Below, piece after piece: positions 52,982 through 61,657 of a stretch of DNA of 64,000 nucleotides. The position numbers and the translations under genes were made by a program. This DNA is from Acidobacteriota bacterium (GTDB taxonomy: Bacteria > Acidobacteriota > Vicinamibacteria > Fen-336): the NCBI GenBank assembly GCA_032127875.1, contig JAQBHI010000158.1:4626-68625 (forward strand). Reading direction: 5' to 3'. Below the pieces are notes generated by a model. It made no database searches. It saw nothing but the letters and a program-made list of their open reading frames with translations, and was not told the origin of the DNA. Within the stretch, counting starts at the first letter, position 1. Every line of letters begins with the position of its first letter.

Positions 52982-55090
52982 CTAGCGGCTCGTGGTTTGG
53001 CGCAGCTGCTCGCGTGCGGGAGCGAAGCGCGGGTCGAGCTGCAGGCTCTTCTCGAAGAAGGGCCGCGCGTCGCTGCGACGTCCCTGCCGCAGTATCGCCA
53101 GGCCGAGGTTGTAGGCGTACTGGGCGTTCTCCTTGTCCCGCTCCAGAGCCTGGCGGAACGCCTTCTCCGCCTCGGCCATCTCCTCGTGGGCGCCCAGGAC
53201 CATGCCCAGGGAATTCCAGAAGGAAGCCTGTGCTGCGTCCAGCGCCACGGCCTCGCGCATCAGCTCGATGGAACGGGGCAGATTCCCGGCATCGCGATGC
53301 AGCTCGCCCAGGCGCACACGGGCGAGGGCGTTGGTCGGGGCGACGGGCAGCGCGGCCTCGTACGCGCCGATCGCTTCGTCCCGCTTGCCCATCTTCAGCA
53401 GGACCGCGGCCTCGCGGATCCGGAGGCTTCCGTCCTTCGGCGCCGCCTGCTGTCCCTTCCTGAGCGTGGCGAGAGCGCCGGTCAGGTCGCCCCGAGCCAG
53501 GCGGCACTCGGCCAGCGCTTCGTAGGCCTTGCCATAGGCCGGCTGATAGCGGATCGCGCCCTCGAAATGGGTTTCCGCCTCGCGCAGCCGTTTCAGCCCG
53601 ACCAGCGCCCGGCCGAGGTAGTAGTGGACCTCGAAGCTCTCGATCTTCTTCGCGAGCAGCGCGCGAAAACGCGCAACGCTGGTGGCGTACTGCTTCTCCC
53701 GGAGCGCGATCAGGCCCCCGCGGATCAGCCGGTTCGCGACCTTGAACTCCTCGATCTGGTCCTTCGGATCCGCCCCGGGCGACGAGCCCTGCCCCGGTGC
53801 GCCGGCTCCGAGGTAGCCCAGGGCGCCAAGCTTTTCGAGCAGGTCCTCAGGCACGCTCTCGGCGCCGGCTGCCGCCGGGCCCCGGGCGCGCTCGGCGTCG
53901 AGGATGCGCCCAAGCGCCGCGCGCAGCGCCTCGGCTCGCTGCGGCTGGGCTGCCAGCAGATTGTGCATCTCGCCCGGGTCGTGCTTCAGGTCGTAGAGCT
54001 CGGGGCGGGGCGCCTGAATGTACTTCCAACGTCCCTCGCGCAGGGCCCTGAGATCGCTCCAGCCGAAGTGCAGCAGCGGCAGGAGCGATTCAGCGTAGGT
54101 CGGGGTTTCGGCTGGCGCCGGGAGGCCGCGCAGGGCGTCGGCGAGGCTGCGGCCCGAGAAGCGCGCCTGGGCGGGGCGCACCACGCCGACGAGGTCCAGG
54201 ACCGTCGGGGCGACGTCGATGCTGCGAACCGTCACGCCAAGACGGCCCCCGGCGACGACGCCCGGGCCACGCACGAGCAGCGGCACGCGAAGCGTCGACT
54301 GGTAGACGAAGAAGCCGTGGGCGGATTCCGCGTGCTCCCCGAGGCCTTCACCATGGTCGGCGGTCACGACGAGCAGCGTCTCCTGCCGCATCCCCAGGCG
54401 CTCGAGGGTCGCGTCCAGGCGCCCAATCAGCTCGTCGGCCCAGGCCACCTCCCCGTCGTAGGGACGCCCCGCGTAGCGCGACGCGTACGGCTCCGGCGGC
54501 TCGTAGGGATCATGGGGATCGTACAGGTGGAGCCACAGGAAGACCCGCCCGGAATGATTCGCCTCGAGCCATGCCGTGGCGTCCCCCAGCGTTTCGTCGC
54601 CGCGCTTCTGGATGGTGTTCAGAAAGCGGGCGTCGTCGGTGTCGCCCTGGAAGCGATCCCCGTAGCTGTCGAAACCACGGTTCAGGCCCGACTGCTGCGA
54701 GAGCACGATCGAGGACACGAACGCCCCGGTTTCGAAGCTGGCGGCCTTCATCGCCTCGGCCAGCGTCGGGACGTTCGGCAGCAGCGTCGGGGAGACGTTG
54801 TCACGGATGCCGTGCTCCGAAGGCAGCAGGCCCGTGAGCAAAGACGTGTGCGATGGCCGCGTCAGGGCGACCTGCACCATGGCCTCGGACGCCATCGCTC
54901 CTTCGCGAGAGATCCGGTCGAGGTTCGGCGTCGCGACGTCGCGGCTCCCGTAGCAGCCGAGGCGGTCGGCTCGCAGCGTGTCGATGGTGACCAGCACGAC
55001 ATGGCGTGCGCGCGGCGGCGCTGCCTCGGGTGTCGGGCGCGGCACGCAGGCGGCGAGCGCCGCGATGCCCAGCGCGACGAGCCTACGCAT
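52982..55090 (-). CDS. Sulfatase-family hydrolase with a C-terminal TPR repeat region (lipoprotein).
   Basis: The start MRRLVALGIAALAACV has a lipobox. The sulfatase block is VVLVTIDTLRADRLGCYGS, and LTGLLPSEHG, TADHGEGLGEH and several TPR repeats follow. The track ORF is trimmed. Confidence 0.8.
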   Translation of the reverse strand: MRRLVALGIAALAACVPRPTPEAAPPRARHVVLVTIDTLRADRLGCYGSRDVATPNLDRISREGAMASEAMVQVALTRPSHTSLLTGLLPSEHGIRDNVSPTLLPNVPTLAEAMKAASFETGAFVSSIVLSQQSGLNRGFDSYGDRFQGDTDDARFLNTIQKRGDETLGDATAWLEANHSGRVFLWLHLYDPHDPYEPPEPYASRYAGRPYDGEVAWADELIGRLDATLERLGMRQETLLVVTADHGEGLGEHAESAHGFFVYQSTLRVPLLVRGPGVVAGGRLGVTVRSIDVAPTVLDLVGVVRPAQARFSGRSLADALRGLPAPAETPTYAESLLPLLHFGWSDLRALREGRWKYIQAPRPELYDLKHDPGEMHNLLAAQPQRAEALRAALGRILDAERARGPAAAGAESVPEDLLEKLGALGYLGAGAPGQGSSPGADPKDQIEEFKVANRLIRGGLIALREKQYATSVARFRALLAKKIESFEVHYYLGRALVGLKRLREAETHFEGAIRYQPAYGKAYEALAECRLARGDLTGALATLRKGQQAAPKDGSLRIREAAVLLKMGKRDEAIGAYEAALPVAPTNALARVRLGELHRDAGNLPRSIELMREAVALDAAQASFWNSLGMVLGAHEEMAEAEKAFRQALERDKENAQYAYNLGLAILRQGRRSDARPFFEKSLQLDPRFAPAREQLRQTTSR

Positions 55091-55928
55091 CTCCCGTGGC
55101 CACGGGCAGGCTGGGGTCGGAGCTCCACTCGCTCCAGCTCCCGCCGTAGAGGCGACCTCGCAGGCCGGCGAGATCCAGGGCCAGCAGGTCGTGGCAGGCG
55201 GTGACACCCGAGCCGCAGTAGACGATGGGCTCCTCGCGATCGGCGCCGAGGCTGGCATAGCGGGTGCGAAGCTCCAGAGGCGAACGGAAGACCGGCGAAG
55301 GATCGGCCGTGAGGTTGTCGGAGTACGGCGCGCTGCGCGCGCCGGGAATGTGACCCGCCCGCGGGTCGATCGGCTCGAGCTCCCCACGGTAGCGTTCGGC
55401 CGCACGAGCATCGAGAACCACGGCCCCGGGATCCAGCGCCAGCATCTCGGCCTTGCTGAGCACCGCCCCGGGCCGGGCGCGGGGCGTGAAGGTCGCAGGC
55501 TGGATTGCCGGCGCCCGCGTATCGACGGGACGACCCTCGGCCTGCCACTTCACGATCCCGCCGTCGAGCACGGCCACCGCTTCATGGCCGTAGGCGCGCA
55601 GCAGGAACCACAGCCGCGCGGCCACCGCGCCGGCCTGGTCGTCGTAAGCGACCACCTGCGTCCTATCCCCCACCCCGGCGCCTGTCATGACACGGGCCAC
55701 CTGCGCGGCATTCGGCCAGGGATGTCGACCCAGCGGACCGCCGCGCCGGCCGCCGGGGGCCGCCAGGCCTTCTTCCACGTCGAGGAACAGCGCCCCGGGG
55801 ATGTGGCCGGCCTGCCAGGCATCCCGCCCGCGCCGGGCGGGATCGAGATACCAGCGCACGTCCACGATGCGCAACTCGCCGTCGGCCAGATGCTCGGCGA
55901 GCCAGTCGGTATCGACGAGCGCCCCCAC
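55083..55928 (-). CDS. Thiosulfate / 3-mercaptopyruvate sulfurtransferase (tandem rhodanese).
   Basis: Two rhodanese domains with the active-site loop CGSGVTAC. 281 aa. Confidence 0.85.
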   Translation of the reverse strand: MGALVDTDWLAEHLADGELRIVDVRWYLDPARRGRDAWQAGHIPGALFLDVEEGLAAPGGRRGGPLGRHPWPNAAQVARVMTGAGVGDRTQVVAYDDQAGAVAARLWFLLRAYGHEAVAVLDGGIVKWQAEGRPVDTRAPAIQPATFTPRARPGAVLSKAEMLALDPGAVVLDARAAERYRGELEPIDPRAGHIPGARSAPYSDNLTADPSPVFRSPLELRTRYASLGADREEPIVYCGSGVTACHDLLALDLAGLRGRLYGGSWSEWSSDPSLPVATGDA

Positions 55929-55931
55929 GGC

Positions 55932-56699
55932 CTACTGGATCATCTTCTTCATCGGCGAGTCGCCTCGCTTGAAGCCAGCCGGCACCTCGAACGCGGAAGC
56001 CGGAATCGGGCCCCGCCTGATCTCGGTGACCTCGCTGGTGTTCGTGGAAGACTTGCCCATGACCTTCACCGAACTGCTGTGAAACAGCGGGAAGCCCTGC
56101 ATTGTCTTCATCTTCTCCTGCATTTCCGCGATGCCCTTGCCCATCGGACCCATCGACTGTCCGATCGACGCCAGCGACTCGGACAGCTCCTTGTAACGCG
56201 TCCAGGCCTGGGTGGGAATCGGGACTTCGCTGGAGATGCACTGCTCCGACGACATCATCTCGCCCATCTTCATCGTCCAGCTCTCGCAGGAGTAGCCGGC
56301 GATCTTCCTGGCCACCCCGGTCTTCTGCACGCTGAGCGAGGCGCCCGCGCCGCCCATCATCTTGGCCATCATCTCGCGGGCTTGAGGCGGCATGTTCTTC
56401 ATCTGCTCGTCCATTTTTTTCATCTGTTCCTGAAGCTTCGCTGTCATGGCGGCGAGGTCCTGCGCCGTGATGACGTAGTACTCCTTCTTCTTGGAGTCGA
56501 TCACGGTCATGTTGCCGCTGGCCGCGTCCAGCAGGAATTCCTGACCCTCGGCCTGGGACATGCGGATGTGGTCGTTCGTCAGATAGTTGGTGCTGGTTCC
56601 TGCGGGGGCACCGTCGCGGGTGAGCTTCGAGACGATGGTCAGGTCTTCGGCCGCAGCGCTGGCCACGGCGAAGCACGTCGCAAGTACGAGAGCGCGCAT
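55932..56699 (-). CDS. Secreted Met-rich hypothetical protein (DUF4412-like).
   Basis: The start is at MRALVLATCFAVASAAA, a signal peptide. Met-rich repeats follow (MKKMDEQMKNMPPQAREMMAKMMGG). Confidence 0.55.
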   Translation of the reverse strand: MRALVLATCFAVASAAAEDLTIVSKLTRDGAPAGTSTNYLTNDHIRMSQAEGQEFLLDAASGNMTVIDSKKKEYYVITAQDLAAMTAKLQEQMKKMDEQMKNMPPQAREMMAKMMGGAGASLSVQKTGVARKIAGYSCESWTMKMGEMMSSEQCISSEVPIPTQAWTRYKELSESLASIGQSMGPMGKGIAEMQEKMKTMQGFPLFHSSSVKVMGKSSTNTSEVTEIRRGPIPASAFEVPAGFKRGDSPMKKMIQ

Positions 56700-56776
56700 C
56701 AGAGCAAGCCTCCTTCGAGAAGAGCGAATGAAAAGCATAGCATGGGGCACGCGGCCCGCCCTGCTATACTCGGCCA

Positions 56777-57103
56777 GTGCCCAGGCCGGAGCGTCACGTT
56801 CTCATTTGCCTCAACAGGCGGCCCCCCGGCAACCCGAAAGGCTCGTGCGCGGAGAAGGGCTCCGAGGCGCTCTACGATGCGTTGCGCGACCGGGTCAAGG
56901 CGCGCGGGCTGCGCGGCCGGGTGATCGTGAACCGCACCAGCTGCCTCAAGCACTGCTCTCGCGGGGTCACCGTCGCGGTTTATCCCGACAACGTGTGGTA
57001 CGCAGAGGTCACCGATGCGGACCTCGACGAGATCTGCGTCGCGCACCTCGAGGGCGGCCAGCCTGTCGGACGCCTCGCCATGCCCGACATCCCCTGGGAG
57101 TGA
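56777..57103 (+). CDS. Thioredoxin-like [2Fe-2S] ferredoxin.
   Basis: A four-Cys pattern (C..C...C..C) in about 108 aa, with VLICLNRRPPGNPKGSCAEKG...CLKHCSRG. Confidence 0.7.
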   Translation: MPRPERHVLICLNRRPPGNPKGSCAEKGSEALYDALRDRVKARGLRGRVIVNRTSCLKHCSRGVTVAVYPDNVWYAEVTDADLDEICVAHLEGGQPVGRLAMPDIPWE

Positions 57104-57109
57104 GCGGCG

Positions 57110-57460
57110 CTACTTCCGGGTGGAAAGCTTCCGGCCCACCGCGGGATTGACGCGGGCCAGTTCCTTCAGAAACACCGTGGCGTCGATGGCGCCGTCGCGC
57201 AGGAACTGGCTCACCTCGCGCGCAAACTCGGCCACGACCTCGCGATCGCTCGAGGCTTCCTTGTGGACGACGGTGCGCTTGTGAAGGCGCCCGTCACCGA
57301 TCAGGCGCTTCACGAGGCTCACGCGCGACGAGCTCCACAGCCGGTAGCCTTTCTTGTTACGCGGGGGTTCCGGAACCTTGCCCGCGTACAGCCAGTTCAG
57401 CAGCGTTTGTTTGCTGACCTTCAGCTCGTGAGCCACCTCGAGGGTGGTCAGGTATTTCAT
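57110..57460 (-). CDS. Excisionase/MerR-type helix-turn-helix DNA-binding protein.
   Basis: The start at MKYLTTLEVAHELKVSKQTLLNWLYAGKVP is an HTH_17-like block. The track ORF is trimmed. Confidence 0.65.
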   Translation of the reverse strand: MKYLTTLEVAHELKVSKQTLLNWLYAGKVPEPPRNKKGYRLWSSSRVSLVKRLIGDGRLHKRTVVHKEASSDREVVAEFAREVSQFLRDGAIDATVFLKELARVNPAVGRKLSTRK

Positions 57461-57616
57461 CGGGAGCCAGGCGGCGATTCTCTCCGATCCCATGAGCGCC
57501 CGTCAACGAACCGGCCAAGCCGTGGCACAATCACGCCCTTGTCCGGCACGGCCGGGAATAGGAGGCGGGCGCTCTCGTTCCTGACGTATTGGGGATGCTG
57601 GCGTACCCAAGAACTG

Positions 57617-58111
57617 TTGAATCGAGAAGCAGGTTTCGAAAAGGAAGCGCTTCCCCAGTGGAGAAGCCTGTTCCGCACCGCGTGTCGCCTGACGCGGAAC
57701 GCGCACGATGCCGAGGATCTCGTGCAGGAAACCATGCTCAGGGCCTATCGTGGCTTCGATCGCTACCAGCCGAACACCAACATCCGGGCCTGGCTGTACA
57801 CGATCCTGCACCGGGTCCATCAAGATGGCCTGCGCCGCAAGCGCCGCTCGCCCGGTTTCGACGAGCTCCCCGAGGATGGTCCCGCTGTGAAGCCGGCGCA
57901 GGCCTTCGTGGCCGCGGGCGGCGAGGATCTCGCCCGGGCGCTCGCCCACCTGGCAGAGCCCTATCGTTCGGCGGTGGTGCTGCGCGACCTCGAGGAGCTG
58001 AGCTATCAGGAGATCGCGCACATTCTCGAGGTGCCCGTGGGCACGGTGATGTCGCGGATCCACCGCGGACGCGCGCAGCTGCGCAAGGCCCTGCTCGGGG
58101 ACCAGCCGTGA
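57617..58111 (+). CDS. ECF-family RNA polymerase sigma factor.
   Basis: Region 2 (DAEDLVQETMLRAYRGFDRY) and region 4 (LSYQEIAHILEVPVGTVMSRIHRGR) are both present. A TTG start is assumed; the true start is uncertain. Confidence 0.8.
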   Translation: MNREAGFEKEALPQWRSLFRTACRLTRNAHDAEDLVQETMLRAYRGFDRYQPNTNIRAWLYTILHRVHQDGLRRKRRSPGFDELPEDGPAVKPAQAFVAAGGEDLARALAHLAEPYRSAVVLRDLEELSYQEIAHILEVPVGTVMSRIHRGRAQLRKALLGDQP

Positions 58112-58842
58112 GCTGCAATCCCGAGCTCGTCACCGGCTACGTGGACGCCGCGCTCGACGACGCGGCCCGCGCCGAGGTCGAGGCGCACCTGGCGGAATGT
58201 GCGGTCTGCCGCGAGCAGGCGGAGGCCGAGAGGCAGCTGCGCGCCGCGCTGCGCACGCTGCCCGCGGCCGAGCCCCGCCGGGGCTTCGAGGCCGATTTAC
58301 GCCGGTCGCTGCTGCGCGCTCGACCCTCGCCCCTGCGCATGTTGCTGCCGATCGCTGCAGTGCTGGTCCTGGCTTTCTTCGGGGGCCTGCGGCTGCCGGG
58401 CGTGCTGGCCTGGGAGCTAGCACGCGATCACAAGAACTGCTTTGGTCAGGAATCCCTGCCCGCCGAGGTCTGGGGTGGCGACGCCGCGGTGATCGTCCGC
58501 TGGTTCGAGGCCCATGGCACGAGCCTGCCTCCGATCCCCGACGGCGCCGGTGGCCTGAGCCTGGTGGGCGGGCGTCGCTGCCCGCTCGTCGATCGATCCG
58601 TCGCGCACCTGTTCTATGCCGCGGGCAAGCGGCGCGTTTCGCTCTTCGTAGTACCCGGCTCCGTGGCGCTGAGCGACCGCTACCAGACCACGGCGCGCCA
58701 CGAGGCGGTTCGCATCTTCCAGGTCGCGGGCCAGCTAGTGGGCGTGGTCGGCGAAAATGAAGACGATGTGCGCGCCTTCGAGCGTAGCTTTCGTTCGACC
58801 AGCGCCTCGACGAGCCGCGAGGCTGGCGAGCCGGAGGTTTGA
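58108..58842 (+). CDS. Anti-sigma factor (zinc-finger type, membrane-spanning).
   Basis: The GTG overlaps the sigma-gene TGA. HLAECAVCREQ is an HxxxCxxC motif. One TM helix (LLPIAAVLVLAFFGG). Confidence 0.7.
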   Translation: MSCNPELVTGYVDAALDDAARAEVEAHLAECAVCREQAEAERQLRAALRTLPAAEPRRGFEADLRRSLLRARPSPLRMLLPIAAVLVLAFFGGLRLPGVLAWELARDHKNCFGQESLPAEVWGGDAAVIVRWFEAHGTSLPPIPDGAGGLSLVGGRRCPLVDRSVAHLFYAAGKRRVSLFVVPGSVALSDRYQTTARHEAVRIFQVAGQLVGVVGENEDDVRAFERSFRSTSASTSREAGEPEV

Positions 58843-58882
58843 CCCGCAGCGCGCGCCTTGATAGCATCGCGTTTTCTCGCCG

Positions 58883-58959
58883 TGGGGCTGTAGCGCAGTT
58901 GGGAGCGCGCGTGAATGGCATTCACGAGGTCAGGGGTTCGATCCCCCTCAGCTCCACCA
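58883..58959 (+). tRNA. tRNA-Ala (anticodon GGC).
   Basis: Cloverleaf: acceptor GGGGCTG/CAGCTCC with a G3:U70 pair, D-arm GCGC-AGTTGGGA-GCGC, anticodon stem CGTGA/TCACG with loop ATGGCAT, T-arm AGGGG-TTCGATC-CCCCT, discriminator A then CCA. Confidence 0.9.
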
Positions 58960-59085
58960 ACTCCAGCAATGATTTAGCGAGACAGGGAATCGGCGAGGCG
59001 GCCGATTTGTCCATTTCTTGTCCATCCTGGCGCGAACACCGTGAAACCGTGCGGGACGTCTTGGAATCAAGGGCCTGACTCAAGC

Positions 59086-60528
59086 CTACGCTCGGGGCGT
59101 CTTCAAGCAGCCCGACGCGCACGGGTTACCATCCGCCGGCCGCGACGAGCTACTGCGAGAAGCTCTCGTCAGGTTTGCACTCGGCCTCTCTAGGCCAGAG
59201 TGCGCACATGTACGAGATGCTGGGCCAGAAAGAGCGCGACCAGCTGCACGCACAAGACCGCCGAGGCACTCTGGGAGCGAGCTACACCAGGTCCCAGTCC
59301 TTCGACACACCACGGAGCAGCTTGGCCACGTGGTTTGATCCTCCCAAGCCTCGGGGAGTCTCTCCATGAGCAAGTCGTAAACGCCCACGGGTGGTGGTGG
59401 GGCCTGCACGACCGCGTCTTCGGTCAGGACACCTGCCGGAACGTCTTCGCCGAGCACACTGGCCGGTCCCGCCGTGAGCCACAGGCTTCCTGCCTTCACG
59501 GCCTCACGGAGGGCGCTATCGAGAGCGGCGGCGTCGGCCTTCGGGATGCGGACCGGCTCGTCGTACCCGCCCTTCTTGACCTTCACGATTCGGTCACCGG
59601 AGAAGTAGCTACGAAGGTCCTTCACTCGCAGCTCGGGACCGGCCCAGAGGTCGGGGAGCGCGCCGGGTAGCAGCAGAGCCGGCGCCACATCGGATAGCGT
59701 GGCGGCTTCGGGCAGTACGAACTCGAGCCCGGGGTCCTTCAGGTCGGCCTCATCCGGCTCCTGCCGCCAGAGGGTTCGGACGCTCCGATCGGGCCGGGTC
59801 ACGCGCAGGACAAAGTGGCCCTTCCGGCAGCCCAACACGATCGTGTCGAGGATCGCCGAGCGGCTGAGCATCTTGGGGAGATGCGGGAACTGCGCGAACG
59901 CGCCGACGAGGTCCTTCACGCGCCGCGACGTCTCGCCCTCACGCCACAGGTCGTAAGGACCCCCGGGCAACAACGCGTCGGCACTGACTGCGGTCTCCTG
60001 GATCCGGCTGCGCGCATCCCCCTTGATCGTCGTGAACAGAGGGTAGTCGCCGGCCGTGACCTTGAAGGCCTGCACCTCGTTCTTGTCCGAAACCGTCACC
60101 ACCACGCAGTAAGCTTGCCGGATACCCGCGAACACGCGCTTCCGGGCCGTATCAAGGTTCGCCAGAAGTGTCGCTTCGCGGATCGGATCGAGATCCCCGC
60201 GTTCGAGCTGGCTTCTCACCTCTTCCCAGGCGAGGTAATCGCGGATGGCGCCGCGGGTCACGTCGAGCGCCTCTCGCGAGGGAACAGCCAGGACGACGGC
60301 GTTTCGATAGACGCGCGGCCGATCGGCGCCGGTCGTCTCTTCGAGGAACCGACGAGCCTCGGCGTTGGGCTTGCCCGTCTCCGAGGCCGCCTTCGGCCCA
60401 AGGACGGCGAAGTGGAACTCGCCGTCGTCCTCGATGTTGCGCGGCTTCTCAGGGAGGTTGTGGACTCGGGCTCCCGCCGGGCCTGCTCCCACCGTGAGGC
60501 TCTTGAGCTTCCCGATCTCGTCGAGCAC
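59086..60528 (-). CDS. Uncharacterised 480-aa protein, the first gene of the tRNA-Ala island. A C-terminal frameshift is possible.
   Basis: The GTG start at 60528 has an AT-rich divergent intergenic region upstream. There is no signal peptide and no recognisable motif. The last ~90 aa are low-complexity S/R/C/G. The adjacent frame ends ...HVAKLLRGVSKDWDLV* at 59282, suggesting a frameshift near 59340. Confidence 0.55.
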   Translation of the reverse strand: MLDEIGKLKSLTVGAGPAGARVHNLPEKPRNIEDDGEFHFAVLGPKAASETGKPNAEARRFLEETTGADRPRVYRNAVVLAVPSREALDVTRGAIRDYLAWEEVRSQLERGDLDPIREATLLANLDTARKRVFAGIRQAYCVVVTVSDKNEVQAFKVTAGDYPLFTTIKGDARSRIQETAVSADALLPGGPYDLWREGETSRRVKDLVGAFAQFPHLPKMLSRSAILDTIVLGCRKGHFVLRVTRPDRSVRTLWRQEPDEADLKDPGLEFVLPEAATLSDVAPALLLPGALPDLWAGPELRVKDLRSYFSGDRIVKVKKGGYDEPVRIPKADAAALDSALREAVKAGSLWLTAGPASVLGEDVPAGVLTEDAVVQAPPPPVGVYDLLMERLPEAWEDQTTWPSCSVVCRRTGTWCSSLPECLGGLVRAAGRALSGPASRTCAHSGLERPSANLTRASRSSSSRPADGNPCASGCLKTPRA

Positions 60529-60607
60529 CTTCGCCTCGAGTCGGTCCTACGGGATTTCCTGGACAGGATCATTGTCTGAATATACACTGTTGTCCTGACT
60601 GGGCAAC

Positions 60608-61657
60608 ATGCTATCTAGCGACAACGAACTAGTCCGGCTTGCTGCGGAGGAAATTGGCCGACTCCTGCCGCTAGGCTGGCGAATCGAGGGGAGCGCCATA
60701 GAGCCGCGAAATTCCGCCGTTGACGGACGAGCCTTCATCGTCGCCCCCGACGGCCGACGCGCCATCGTGCTTATCGAAGCGAAACGCAGTCTCGACCCGC
60801 GCGGAGCGAGCGAACTGGCGAGGCGCCTCGGGATAGAACTGCCTGGCGAGGCCGTCATCGTGGTGTCGCCTTACCTGGCTGCCAGCGTTCGTGATCGGCT
60901 CAAAGCGTCCGGCCTCGGCTACGTCGACTTAACCGGCAATGCGCGCCTGACACTCAGCAGCCCTGGCTTACATCTCGAAACCACCGGGGCCGATTCCGAC
61001 CCCAACCCTTCCCTGCGCCCGACCCGTTCCCTACGTGGACCCAAGGCCGGCAGAGTTGTTCGGGTCCTGTGTGACTCGCGGGAGCCGGGCGGCGTCAGAG
61101 ATCTCGCCGCCAAGACTGGCCTTGATCCGGGCTATGTGTCCAGGATCCTCGCGTTGCTCGATCGGGAGGATCTCGTCGAGCGAGACCCGCGAGGTCGCAT
61201 CCTCAAGGTCGAGTGGGAACGGCTCCTTCGGCGCTGGGCGCAAGACGTGCCGTTCGAGAACCGCGGCCAGGCATCCTCATACTTGGAACCCCGCGGCTTG
61301 CCGGCTCTGCTCGAACGACTCCCGCAGAGCCGACTGCGCTACGTCATTACGGGTTCACTCGCCGCCTCCAGGCTGGCGCCAATTGCACCGCCGCGACTGG
61401 CCACCCTTTGCGTGGAGAGCCTCGATCGCGCTGCCGAGGAATGGAGCCTTCGCCCGGCCGAGGCCGGTGGCAACGTCGTGCTCGTCCTGCCGACCGACGA
61501 CTGGGTCTTCGCGGGTGCCGGGGAGGTTGCGGCAATCAAGTATGCCGCTCCGAGTCAGGTGGCGGCCGATCTGCTGACGAGCCCAGGGCGCGGGCCGGCC
61601 GAGGCTGAGGAACTATTCCGCTGGATGACGGCGAACGAGGAGAAGTGGCGTGGATGA
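60608..61657 (+). CDS. AbiEi-like putative antitoxin/regulator: an N-terminal PD-(D/E)xK-like region and a central winged HTH.
   Basis: …VAPDGRRAIVLIEAKRSLD reads as a D..E.K nuclease-like motif. The wHTH is GVRDLAAKTGLDPGYVSRILALLDREDLVERD. Its 3' end overlaps the downstream nucleotidyltransferase gene by 8 nt. Confidence 0.5.
   Translation: MLSSDNELVRLAAEEIGRLLPLGWRIEGSAIEPRNSAVDGRAFIVAPDGRRAIVLIEAKRSLDPRGASELARRLGIELPGEAVIVVSPYLAASVRDRLKASGLGYVDLTGNARLTLSSPGLHLETTGADSDPNPSLRPTRSLRGPKAGRVVRVLCDSREPGGVRDLAAKTGLDPGYVSRILALLDREDLVERDPRGRILKVEWERLLRRWAQDVPFENRGQASSYLEPRGLPALLERLPQSRLRYVITGSLAASRLAPIAPPRLATLCVESLDRAAEEWSLRPAEAGGNVVLVLPTDDWVFAGAGEVAAIKYAAPSQVAADLLTSPGRGPAEAEELFRWMTANEEKWRG

Noticed and set aside
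54978-56924. 648-aa plus-strand ORF.
   Set aside because: Antisense to the rhodanese and DUF4412-like genes. Arg/Gly-rich.
57589-58842. 417-aa + ORF spanning the sigma and anti-sigma region.
   Set aside because: It is a read-through of the anti-sigma frame across the sigma gene. Its N-terminal part is out of frame with the ECF sigma motifs. It was split into the sigma gene (57617-58111) and the anti-sigma gene (58108-58842).
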